Shown here: one piece after another, positions 48,205 through 56,628 of the stretch
Numbering within the stretch: the first letter of the stretch is position 1
Layout of the letters: every line of letters starts with the position of its first letter
Assembly: GCA_963783385.1 (NCBI GenBank)
Contig: CAWANJ010000009.1
Span: 932,242 to 996,241 of the forward strand
Direction: 5' to 3'
Source of the DNA: an uncultured Gemmatimonadales bacterium
Lineage (GTDB): Bacteria > Gemmatimonadota > Gemmatimonadetes > Palauibacterales > Palauibacteraceae
DNA: 64,000 nt
The notes under the pieces: model-generated
What the model was told of the DNA's origin: nothing
What the model saw: only the letters and a program-made list of their open reading frames with translations
Databases searched by the model: none
Program-made: the position numbers and the translations under genes

Positions 48205-48215
48205 AACGCTCGGCC
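48186..48215. repeat. Palindrome copy 4, extended to 30 bp; contains the HNH gene stop codon
   Basis: GGCCGAGCGTTTCAGCTGAAACGCTCGGCC is a perfect palindrome; TGA at 48202-48204. Confidence 0.95.
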
Positions 48216-48339
48216 CTTCCGAGACACTACAGTACACCCGGGCAACCGCTGCCACGGCCGGCACGATCCCATTCCCGAACCCGTGAGGCGATGGATCGCC
48301 TGGACGACGTCCTCGCCGGACGGGTCGTAGTGAGCGCCC

Positions 48340-48383
48340 TTGATCTAGCATGATATGTGTGATACTGTGATATCATGATACAG
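48340..48383 (+). promoter_or_regulatory. Promoter/operator upstream of the orphan higA
   Basis: TTGATC-N17-TACTGT with TGn extension; overlapping palindromes TGATATCA (48368-48375) and TATCATGATA (48371-48380). Confidence 0.7.
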
Positions 48384-48459
48384 ACGCAGGCGGCTCAAAA
48401 CACCCCCGGCCGCCGAGCGGGCCTAGCACCGAAGGGGGGCCAAGACTAGAGGGACCACC

Positions 48460-48768
48460 ATGGTCAGACTTCCGAAGAACCGGCCGCCTGTGCACCCGGG
48501 AGAGATTCTCCGGGAGGAGTTTCTCGATCCCCTCGGGCTGACGCAGCGCGACCTCGCAGACCGGATCGACGTCTCCTACCAGCGGGTGAACGAGCTGGTG
48601 AACGGCAAGCGCGGCGTCACGGCCGACACGGCTCTTCGTCTGGCACGTGCCTTCGGCACCAGCCCGGACGTGTGGATCAACCTGCAGGTGCGCGTCGACC
48701 TGTGGGAGGCCGAGAACAGTCGTGGGAGCCGGGAGATCGAGAAGATCCGGCCCTTCGCCCACGCGTGA
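48460..48768 (+). CDS. higA: Orphan HigA antitoxin
   Basis: PVHPGEILREEFL...VTADTALRLARAFGTSPDVWINLQ; no room for higB between promoter and start. Confidence 0.9.
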   Translation: MVRLPKNRPPVHPGEILREEFLDPLGLTQRDLADRIDVSYQRVNELVNGKRGVTADTALRLARAFGTSPDVWINLQVRVDLWEAENSRGSREIEKIRPFAHA

Positions 48769-48867
48769 TCCGTCTCCATGAACCCGGGAGTGCAAGCGCC
48801 TTCCGACAGGAATCCCTGGCCGATCACGCGCGCACCCTCGGTCGCGGACACTTCGCGCAGCCGGTCG

Positions 48868-49275
48868 TCAGGCCGTGCCCCGGCTGAGGACCATGAAGGC
48901 TCGTGGCGAGAGGATTCGGATCGGGGAGTTGGCGGCGACCGAGAGGAAGTCGTCGTCCCCGCTCACCAGGACCTCGGCGTCCGCGAGGATCGCATTGGCC
49001 AGGACGCGCTCGTCGTCCGGGTCGCGCAGATGGATCGGCGAGGCCGCATTACCGCGAGCCACGGCCTCGAACCGCCCGAAGAGGGCCTCGACGGCGGAGA
49101 GCGCCTCGTCGCTCGCCTGGAGCTTCTCGGTCAGCACCCGGCGGACCTCCTCCCCGACCACCTCGAGCAGCACCAGCTCGTGCTCGGCGAGCACGAGCCT
49201 GAGGAGGTCGGCGCACAGGCCCCGGGCGACGAACGCGGCGACGAGGACGTTGGAGTCCAGGCAGACCCGCGTCAC
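48868..49275 (-). CDS. PIN-domain toxin
   Basis: VCLDSNVLVAA, EEVRRVL, RDPDDERVL, LVSGDDDFL. Confidence 0.9.
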   Translation of the reverse strand: MTRVCLDSNVLVAAFVARGLCADLLRLVLAEHELVLLEVVGEEVRRVLTEKLQASDEALSAVEALFGRFEAVARGNAASPIHLRDPDDERVLANAILADAEVLVSGDDDFLSVAANSPIRILSPRAFMVLSRGTA

Positions 49276-49493
49276 GAGACGAGCTTGAAGACGTCCTCGT
49301 CCGTGTAGATTCCGCGGGCCTCGGCGAACGGGATGAGCCGTCGACGCGCTTCCTCGAGGAGGTCCAGCGTCAGCTGGCGGCGGAGCGCCTCCCGCACCAC
49401 CTCGCTGCGCGAGCGGCCCGTGTCCCGGCACACTCGGTCCAGCAGCTCTTCCAGCTCCGGATCGAGACGGATCGTGACGGCGGCGCTCTTCAT
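49272..49493 (-). CDS. Ribbon-helix-helix (CopG-like) antitoxin
   Basis: MKSAAVTIRLD...GRSRSEVVREALRR; TACAAT -10 at 49501-49506, 7 nt before the ATG; GTGA overlap with the toxin. Confidence 0.88.
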   Translation of the reverse strand: MKSAAVTIRLDPELEELLDRVCRDTGRSRSEVVREALRRQLTLDLLEEARRRLIPFAEARGIYTDEDVFKLVS

Positions 49494-49631
49494 GTCATAC
49501 ATTGTACTACAGCGAAACCTTCCACCACAAGGCCCTGATCGGGTCCGAGGCGCACGGCGCCGGGCACGATCCCGACACAACCCGGCCGGCTGAACGGCGC
49601 GTCAACACGGCACCCCGCGGGACGACGCCCC

Positions 49632-50015
49632 CCTACTCCCGGCTGAACACCGCCCCGTGCGGCACCGCGCTCCCCTTCCAGCCGTCGGGCCAGTCGCGCG
49701 TGGAGTCGATCGCGTCCGGCTGGAGCGTGAGCCGCCCGGTCTCGCGGTCGATGGTCGCGAACCGGACGAAGGTGTTCAGCGCGCCGAACCCTGGGATGAC
49801 GAGGCGGTCGCCGCCCGGCTCGGCCGCGATCCAGTGCGGAACCTCGTCCGGCTTCATCAGAATCCGGCTCACCTCGCGCGGATGCCCGGGATCGCGCAGG
49901 TCCAGGCTCACGACCGCGTGGCCCGATTCCGCCGTCACGACCAGGTAGGGACCGACGACCACCGGCACCTCGCAGATTCTGTAGCCGAGGTCGTAGACGT
50001 GCTCGAGGGTCGGCC
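49632..50015 (-). pseudogene. Diverged duplicate of the 3' end of the 51429-52689 gene
   Basis: Long identical runs with 51428-51812 (PVVVGPYLVVTAESGHAVVSLD...DWPDGWKGSAVPHGAVFSR); no 5' part. Confidence 0.9.
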
Positions 50016-50042
50016 ACCCGTGGTCGTCGGATGGATCTGTGG

Positions 50043-50753
50043 TCAGCCGGCTCTTCCTGGCGGCGTGCGGTCCGTCAGCTTCTGCAGGCGCCCCTCCACC
50101 ATCTCCATGAGCCCCGGAGTGCGAGCGACTTCCGGCAGGAATCCCTGGAGGATCGCGCGCGCGCTCTCGGTCTCGAACGCTTCATGCAGCCGGGCGGCGA
50201 TCCAGCGACGGGTGGCCTCCGGTTCGGCTTCGACTTCGTCCACCAGCTCGGGTCGATTGGCGAGGAGCGCCACCACGTCCTCGAGGTCCTGGCTGAGGTA
50301 CGGATCGTCCCGGCCCCGGTCGGCATGAGCAGCCAGCTTGCTCGCCAGCACCATGGCCGCAGGAAGGACACGGATCGCCAGGTTCTCCGCGAGCGGGACG
50401 GTCACGGCGCGCCCGACTCCCTCGGGGTACCAGGGATTCGTGAAGCCCAGGGGCTCCGACTCGACCGGCATGACGTCCAGCACGTCGCCGCCGGCTCGCC
50501 ACCGGTACATTGGATCGTTCTCGCCGGCGGACTGCCGGAAACCCAGCTCACGGAGCTCGGCCGAGATCCGACCGTAGGCCACGTACGTCGCGGCTTCGAT
50601 CACCGCGTCGGCATTGGTCGTTGGTCGCACGCGCCCGGAGGCCGGGTCCGTGAAGTACAGCTCGGCGACCGCGCCGCCCACGAAGACCAGCCGGTCCAGG
50701 AGCGGCTCGGCACGCGAGGCTACCCTCGTCAAGCGCTCGAGGTTGGCGCTCAC
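50043..50753 (-). CDS. AbiEii-like nucleotidyltransferase (type IV TA-like toxin)
   Basis: LVFVGGAVA, RPTTNADAV, LDVMP, LASKL.A..DRG, SQDLEDV. Confidence 0.8.
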   Translation of the reverse strand: MSANLERLTRVASRAEPLLDRLVFVGGAVAELYFTDPASGRVRPTTNADAVIEAATYVAYGRISAELRELGFRQSAGENDPMYRWRAGGDVLDVMPVESEPLGFTNPWYPEGVGRAVTVPLAENLAIRVLPAAMVLASKLAAHADRGRDDPYLSQDLEDVVALLANRPELVDEVEAEPEATRRWIAARLHEAFETESARAILQGFLPEVARTPGLMEMVEGRLQKLTDRTPPGRAG

Positions 50754-51282
50754 CCCTGTCCCTCCCCCGCGAGGCTCACGTCCAGGAGTCGCTCCAGGTG
50801 CTTCCTGGCGAGCTGCCGCTCCCGGGCTCGGCCGATCCGGAGGGCATTGACGAGGGCGAGCGCCCGGTAGACGTCCGGCGCGCTCTCGACCGTGTGCGGC
50901 GCCCCGGCATACAGCGGCGTAAGGGTCGCGCCGCGCACCGAGCCCCTGGCGCTGGGCCATACGTAGGCCAGGTCGCTGACGATCTCCCCGGCTAGCGGCG
51001 GAGCGGCATGCGCCGTCGGCACGCCACGGCCTTCCGGGCCAACCACCGGGTAAAAGGCGAAGCGCACCCCGTGAACGAGGAACTCCAGCAGGGATCGGCG
51101 ATCGACCTCGCGCGAGTCCTGAACGACCAGTCCGGCCCGTTCGAGACGGCCGACCGCGTTGTGCGCCGCTCCGAGGCTGATCCCGACGGCATCAGAGAGT
51201 GACCGCAGGCCTCCCCGGGCTCACCGCTCAGGCGGAGCGCCACGGCGACGTCCGCGGGCCTCAGGGTCGGTTGCTGGGACAT
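50750..51282 (-). CDS. HTH/AbiEi-like partner antitoxin (frameshift ~51200)
   Basis: LRPADVAVAL, HTH region, LLEFLVHGVRFAF, RGVPTAHAAPPL, LALVNALRIGRARE; GTGA overlap. Confidence 0.78.
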
Positions 51283-51322
51283 GGCTCGGCTCCCGATTCG
51301 GCAGGCATGTCAGGCTGTTTCA

Positions 51323-51381
51323 TGTTTCATGAATCGTGAAACACCACGACTCATAATAGCCGGCCGCCGACTGTCTGCCAA
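51323..51381 (-). promoter_or_regulatory. Sigma70 promoter plus operator for the type IV TA-like pair
   Basis: Minus strand TTGGCA(51381-76)-N17-TATTAT(51358-53); imperfect inverted repeat TGTTTCATGAATCGTGAAACA at 51323-51343. Confidence 0.8.
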
Positions 51382-51428
51382 GGGGCACCGGGATGAGCCG
51401 GAGGCGATGTCGGCCCCCGTCCTCGGGC

Positions 51429-52689
51429 CTACCCCCGGCTGAACACCGCCCCGTGCGGCACCGCGCTCCCCTTCCAGCCGTCGGGCCAGTCGCGCGTGAA
51501 GTCGATCTGGTCCGGCGAGAGCGTGAGCCGCCCGGTCTCCCGGTCGATGGTCGCGAAGCGGACGAAGGTGTTCAGCGCGCCGAACCCGGTGATGACGAGG
51601 CGGTCGCCGCCCGGCTCGGCCGCGATCCAGTGCGGGTACTCGTCCGGCTTCATCAGAATCCGGCTCACCTCGCGCGGGTGCTCGGGATCGCGCATGTCGA
51701 GGCTCACGACCGCGTGGCCCGATCTCCGCCGTCACGACCAGGTAGGGACCGACGACCACCGGCACCTCGCACACCCGGTAGCCCAGGTCGTAGACGTGCT
51801 CGAGGGTCGGCCGGTCGCCGCCGAGGTCCCGCATCAGGAAGAGGCCGCAGTTGAAGGTCGGCACGACCACCGTCCGGCCGTCCGCCAGCAGCCGCGGCTC
51901 CGACGCATCGATCGCATCGGCCGACGAAATGGCCTGCGTGCCCCCGGGCCTGGGCAGGGGGATCGTGGCGAGGAGCTTCAGGTCGGAGAGCCGCCACACC
52001 TGCACCACGTGGCTCGGCTGGGCTCCCATCATGTCGGAGCTGCTGGTCACCACGCGGTCCAGCTTCTCCGAGACCGCGAGGCTGTAGGGGCGGATGTCGG
52101 GATCCGCCGCGCTGTCCGCCGCGTCGCTCGTCCTCACCACGCGCCCCTGCCCGTCGAGCTCGACCAGGCCTCCCGGCGCCCGGTTGAAGCCGCCGGAGTA
52201 CTGGAACGTCGCGAGCGTATGGCCGTTCGAGAGGTACGCGAACGAGTGCGGGTACTGGTACTTCCCCTGGCTCCCGAACTCCCGCAGCAGGGCCGGGTGC
52301 GCCGCGTCGCGCAGGTCGAACACGTACGTGCGGTTCCCCAGCCAGTCGTTGGCGTAGAGCACGTCGTCCGGCGGCAGGGCGTAGTTGGTGTGATGCGCCA
52401 TCAGCGCGTCGCCCACGGGGAGCATGGCGACCAGCTTGCCGGACGGCCCCGCGTCGGGCCCGACGTCGAACACGGCGAGGAAGTCCTTGCCGCCCGCCAT
52501 GCCGCGGCGGTACGCGTCCATGTCGCCCGACATGAGCGCCGCCTCGGAGGCGTGGGGCGTCCGCGCCTCCATGGCCCAGACGAAGAGGTAACGGCTGTGC
52601 GGCGGGTCGGCGTGCGCGGCCGGCCGTGCGCAGGCGGCCAGCAGGATCGCGGTGGTGGCCAGCCAGCGTGTGCGGGGGAAACGGCTCAT
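51429..52689 (-). CDS. Lipoprotein, selenium-binding-protein/YncE-like beta-propeller (frameshift ~51725)
   Basis: Lipobox LLAAC; DFLAVFD, AHHT, YPHSF, GGLVELD, VQVWRLSDLKLL, EPR, PHGAVF. Confidence 0.75.
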
Positions 52690-53051
52690 GGTTTCCTCCT
52701 CGTGACGGGTCGTTCCGGTCCGGGGGTGCACGGGCATCGGGCCCAGCATACGCCGGTTGTCGCCGGTTGTCGATCCTGTGGCCCGCGATGCTGCGCACGC
52801 GCAGGTGCTCAGCGAGAGAGGTGCAAGCCCCAGGCGGGCGAGTCATCGATCAGCGCGCACTTCCGCGCCGCACGGGCGCGAGCGAGAACCCTCTGGAGCC
52901 GTCCAGAGCCCCAGCGTACGCCAGGACCGCGTTGGCTCCGACAGCCTTGAGGAGCGTCGGCTTCCCCCCGTCGACGTACCCTGTCGGCTCCCCGTGTGGG
53001 TCGACGTCCCGTCTGTGAGACACCCAGATGACATCTCCAGATGTGATCGTC

Positions 53052-53080
53052 TTGACACGCGGACGCCGCAATGCTAATGT
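53052..53080 (+). promoter_or_regulatory. Sigma70 promoter
   Basis: TTGACA-N17-TAATGT with TGn extension; GGAGG RBS at 53099. Confidence 0.8.
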
Positions 53081-53108
53081 GTGTGGAAACCAGCAGCCGG
53101 AGGTGGAA

Positions 53109-53663
53109 ATGGAACCGAGCTATTCCTTCGAGGAGTTCGTCTCGTTCTTGGACTATGCATCCGACATGGGCCTACTGAAGGCGAACACCGTGGTCGGCTG
53201 GAAGACAGCCGCGTCCAAGGTCGCAGACGACCTGCTTAAGCAGGAAGCTGAGGACGTGCGCCAGATCGACCTTGACCTGCTATTCCAGCGCTTTGTGAAT
53301 CGGAATCGAGTCCAGGTGAGCCCCAATACACTCCGCACCTACAAGCAGCGACTGGGGAAGGCACTGGCGGAGTTCGAACAGTGGAGGCAAAGCCCAACCA
53401 GCTACAAGCCATCGCTCGGATCGCGGAGTCGAACAGCAGACTCCGGGTCACCCAAGAAGGACGTGCCGCGCTCAGACAGTAATCTGACTGCGGCGACGGA
53501 GGGGCCGTCCCTGCAGCCCAAGGGCATGCTTACGCTGCCGTTCCCCTTACGCCCGGACTTCTTGGTGACGATCCAGGTGCCGCGTGACCTTACGTCCTCC
53601 GAAGCGGCGAGGATAGCCGCCTTCGTGAAGACCCTCGCGGTTGATGTCGAACCAGGCCCCTAG
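53109..53663 (+). CDS. Hypothetical protein; helical N-domain reminiscent of an integrase core-binding domain plus small C-terminal domain
   Basis: ATG at 53109 after RBS; SPNTLRTYKQRL; C-terminal LPFPLRP...VPRDLT..EAARIAAFVKTLA. Confidence 0.7.
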   Translation: MEPSYSFEEFVSFLDYASDMGLLKANTVVGWKTAASKVADDLLKQEAEDVRQIDLDLLFQRFVNRNRVQVSPNTLRTYKQRLGKALAEFEQWRQSPTSYKPSLGSRSRTADSGSPKKDVPRSDSNLTAATEGPSLQPKGMLTLPFPLRPDFLVTIQVPRDLTSSEAARIAAFVKTLAVDVEPGP

Positions 53664-53846
53664 CTTCAAGACGAAGCGCCCGGCACCAGCTGGCACTGGA
53701 ACCGGGCGCCGAATCTCCCACGGGCAACGCAGGGCCGCCCAACGGGAGGCCGGGACTGACGTCCCGAGGTGCGACTGACTGCTAGATAGGTGCCTCGCCG
53801 CGTCGCCGGTGGCAAGTGGCCTTGCCACGACCTATGGAGTAGTGCG

Positions 53847-54017
53847 ATGGCTTACCACGTGTACCGCGATCACCGCGGCCAGTGGCGCTGGCGGCTTACT
53901 GCCGGCAACCACCGCATCATCGCTGACTCCGGCGAGGGCTATTACAACAGGCAGGATTGCCTCGCCGCGATTCAGCTGGTGAAGCGGTCGGCGGCAACGC
54001 CCGTTCTGGGAGCGTAG
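53847..54017 (+). CDS. YegP/DUF1508 family protein
   Basis: YRDHRGQWRWRL.AGNHRIIADSGEGY.NRQDC..AI. Confidence 0.9.
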   Translation: MAYHVYRDHRGQWRWRLTAGNHRIIADSGEGYYNRQDCLAAIQLVKRSAATPVLGA

Positions 54018-54550
54018 CCGAATGGGAGGGGCCTCGACCATGTGAGGTCCCTCTTTCCTAGTGCGGCGTCGCTTCCCGCAATAGGCGACCTCTCCCCAAA
54101 AACCTACCCACCTCTCTAGGGCGCGCGGGCCGGGACCGACGCCTGCGCTGAGTTCTCCAACCGTCATCTTGGGTCGGCATCACAGAAGGCGATATGTGGC
54201 GCGCCCGAGTTTCTCCACAATGGCAGGTTCGGTTACCGCGCAATCGCGAGCACCCCGCTCAAGCCCACCTCCCCATACCGATGCAGCCACTTCTAGCCCA
54301 CTTGGCAGCCGATCCCGTACCGGGCGCGCAGCTCGGTCATCGACGTCCAGCCCTCTAGGGCTTCCAGAGCGAGAGCCGCTCGCTCTCCCATCTGACAAGT
54401 CTGACTCCACGGCATCCGCCACCTCGCACCAGAGGGTGGCCCGGGATTCGCGAATTGTCAGCCATCTGCTGAGTCCGCTGTGTTACCGGCCTGCCCGGGC
54501 CACACTCGCCGGAAGCATGAACCGTTACCAGGCTCCACACCCTACTCCTG

Positions 54551-55513
54551 TCACTCATCCAAACCAATCATCAGGCCCTCGGGTTGGTATCTCTCGCAGA
54601 AGATGTCAACGCCAAGTTTGATGAGAATTGCAGTTACTGGAATCGCGATAGCGTAGGTACCCATGCCGAGACCGGACAGTGCAGCGACCACGGCCGCTCC
54701 GACGATTCTCTTGTCCAATGCGACCATCAGGCCGTGCTCGAACCACATCTTGTAGGTATCGGAGGTCGGGTCACAGAGTGCTCTCCACACAGCCCTCTTA
54801 GCCGCGCCGAAGACGGTCCGTCCAACCTCCTTCTTCTTCCTTCGCGACTCGGGACTGGGGAGTAGCAGCCGCTCGGCCTTAGGCAACTGCTTCCTGGAAA
54901 ACTCATAGACCTCTAACAGTCGATCAACCACGGGCTTCGGCAGCGTCTGGCCGAGTTGCAGGTAGATCTCTTCCTCCGGCCGGGTTGCGACGAGCTTTCC
55001 TGCTTCGTCCTGTACAGTCGCCGGGTCGAGGCGTTCTTGCTCAAGCCCCTCTTCAGACATTACGGCGATTGCCCATTCAACATCAAATCGTTCGACCATC
55101 CGACGATAGAATTGACGTCGGCGGCTCGGCGACTTGATGCTCTTCACCTTGTCAAACGCTTCTGCCATCAGCGGCTTCGCTGATGAAAGGTCTCCACGTC
55201 TTAGGTAACACACGGCGAGAAGGGCTGTGGCTTCGAGATAGATCCTGGTTCGAGCAGACATCTTGGCTCGAACGCCGATGAAACCACGCTCGGCAAAGTT
55301 CAATTCTCCTGCCTCCAAGGCCGCCTCATACAGCCAAGCCTTCGCCTTCTGGAGGCGCGTTTCGTCTCCGGCGTTTCGAAGGATACCCTGAATGTCACCC
55401 GTGAGCTTCTTTGCGGTACTCAGATCCCCCATACGAGCCGCCGCCCGAAGCTTCCGCTCCAACGGACGCAGACGCCGCTTCTCAGAGTCTGTAAGGGGAC
55501 GCTTCTTTCCCAC
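54551..55513 (-). CDS. Hypothetical helical (TPR-like) protein with C-terminal hydrophobic segment; cassette gene
   Basis: Intact 320-aa ORF, lower GC, preceded by an attC-like site. Confidence 0.8.
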   Translation of the reverse strand: MGKKRPLTDSEKRRLRPLERKLRAAARMGDLSTAKKLTGDIQGILRNAGDETRLQKAKAWLYEAALEAGELNFAERGFIGVRAKMSARTRIYLEATALLAVCYLRRGDLSSAKPLMAEAFDKVKSIKSPSRRRQFYRRMVERFDVEWAIAVMSEEGLEQERLDPATVQDEAGKLVATRPEEEIYLQLGQTLPKPVVDRLLEVYEFSRKQLPKAERLLLPSPESRRKKKEVGRTVFGAAKRAVWRALCDPTSDTYKMWFEHGLMVALDKRIVGAAVVAALSGLGMGTYAIAIPVTAILIKLGVDIFCERYQPEGLMIGLDE

Positions 55514-55536
55514 TAGAGACTCCTATCCATGCCGGC

Positions 55537-55640
55537 TCATGACGTCGCCCCGTGGTCGCCGACGCCCGCGAGTCCCAGCGACCGGTCGTCCCAAAGGGCG
55601 AGCCGCCGCAAGCGGCGGAGCCTTAGCCGTCGTGCTAGAT
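55537..55640 (-). mobile_element. attC-like site (degenerate)
   Basis: Minus strand ATCTAGC...GTCATGA; internal GCCGAC..CGAGT.CCAGC..AAGGGCGAG shared with the 56529 and 57871 sites. Confidence 0.6.
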
Positions 55641-55672
55641 GACAACCACCAGGTCGTCATTTCGCCCTGTTC

Positions 55673-56314
55673 CTAGAACGCAGCGAGGAGCATTTCGACG
55701 CTGTTGCTCGCCCTAGCTTCAATCCCCGAAGCTGCAACGATGTCCCTGGCGCGCTCGCGGAGGTCTGGATCGCCAGTCAGCAGGAACGCACGCCGAAGGT
55801 AGTCGATGGCCAATAGTGGATTTCGCTCGACCTGATCCGCTACGAAGGCATAGTATGCGGCGCGTTCCTTTAGATCTTCAAGGAAGGCAACCAAGCGAGA
55901 TTCGAATCGATCATCATAGTCCACATACTCAGTGCGAACCAGGTCGCTCGGCACGGACGCCGTACGTTCCTTGACTAGGAGAGTCTCTTTACCATAGGCC
56001 TGCATCATGCCGAGTTCATAGAACACGTTTGAGAGAGTTTCCGCTGGCATTTGCGAATGGACGATCGCAATGCCAACAGGAACGCTGAGGAGAAGATCCC
56101 AGATCTTAATGAGGAAATCTCTTCCTGTAACAACGCTCTCAGCATCAATGACACCAAAGCCTTGGTCGCTGAGAACGTGGTCTAGGTCGCCCCGGATCCT
56201 CACAGCCATGTCCGGCAACGAATCTCCGAGCTGGCTCATCACAAAGCAGGTGCACGCCCGGTATTGAAGCGGCGTGGTGACCACGTCGCCGTCGGTGGGT
56301 CGGTAATATATCAC
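55673..56314 (-). CDS. Nucleoside 2-deoxyribosyltransferase/TIR-like domain protein
   Basis: TCFVMSQ, DFLIKIWDLL, SNVFYELGMMQAYGKETLLV, VPSDL. Confidence 0.75.
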   Translation of the reverse strand: MIYYRPTDGDVVTTPLQYRACTCFVMSQLGDSLPDMAVRIRGDLDHVLSDQGFGVIDAESVVTGRDFLIKIWDLLLSVPVGIAIVHSQMPAETLSNVFYELGMMQAYGKETLLVKERTASVPSDLVRTEYVDYDDRFESRLVAFLEDLKERAAYYAFVADQVERNPLLAIDYLRRAFLLTGDPDLRERARDIVAASGIEARASNSVEMLLAAF

Positions 56315-56469
56315 TTCTTCTTCGGCCGCTTCCGGGCGATTGGCACGCCCTTGTATGGCCCCGGCGACTTCTTGTGAGCTATAATCTTGCCTCTCGTGCG
56401 ATCGATCTTGACGTACCGTCCAGTGCGCGGATTCTTGACCTGAACGATATCGTGCTTCTTCTTAGCCAC
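56311..56469 (-). CDS. 52-aa highly basic protein (not in the ORF track)
   Basis: Hand translation: MAKKKHDIVQVKNPRTGRYVKIDRTRGKIIAHKKSPGPYKGVPIARKRPKKK; GTGA overlap with the next gene. Confidence 0.75.
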   Translation of the reverse strand: MAKKKHDIVQVKNPRTGRYVKIDRTRGKIIAHKKSPGPYKGVPIARKRPKKK

Positions 56470-56528
56470 CTGTCCCGGCCCCTTTGAGGGTCATGGGGTT
56501 CATTCTCTCCACATCAATATTGGCTGCC

Positions 56529-56628
56529 GAATAACTTCCCCGCCCGTTGCCGACGGTCGCGATTCTCAGCCAGCGGGCATGCCGAAGGGCGAGCTATCGG
56601 CCGCGAAGGATCAGCCGCCTCGTCAGGC
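56529..56628 (-). mobile_element. attC-like site
   Basis: Minus strand GCCTGAC (contains the stop of the upstream ORF)...GTTATTC; 100 bp. Confidence 0.7.

Noticed and set aside
9463-48215. Palindrome copies as a CRISPR array or intrinsic terminators
   Set aside because: Dispersed rather than regularly spaced; no cas genes; no loop or U-tract
52760-53040. Possible ncRNA or small ORF at the island edge
   Set aside because: Only a GTCGAC-containing imperfect repeat; no recognisable RNA family or protein
53109-53663. Integron integrase for the array
   Set aside because: Too short; lacks the R-H-R-Y catalytic motifs of tyrosine recombinases
54100-54530. Additional attC sites or a cassette at the distal end (CGGTAAC at ~54483, CCGAC..GAGT block at ~54136)
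   Set aside because: Could not pair R'' with R' or find a convincing ORF; possibly decayed but unsupported
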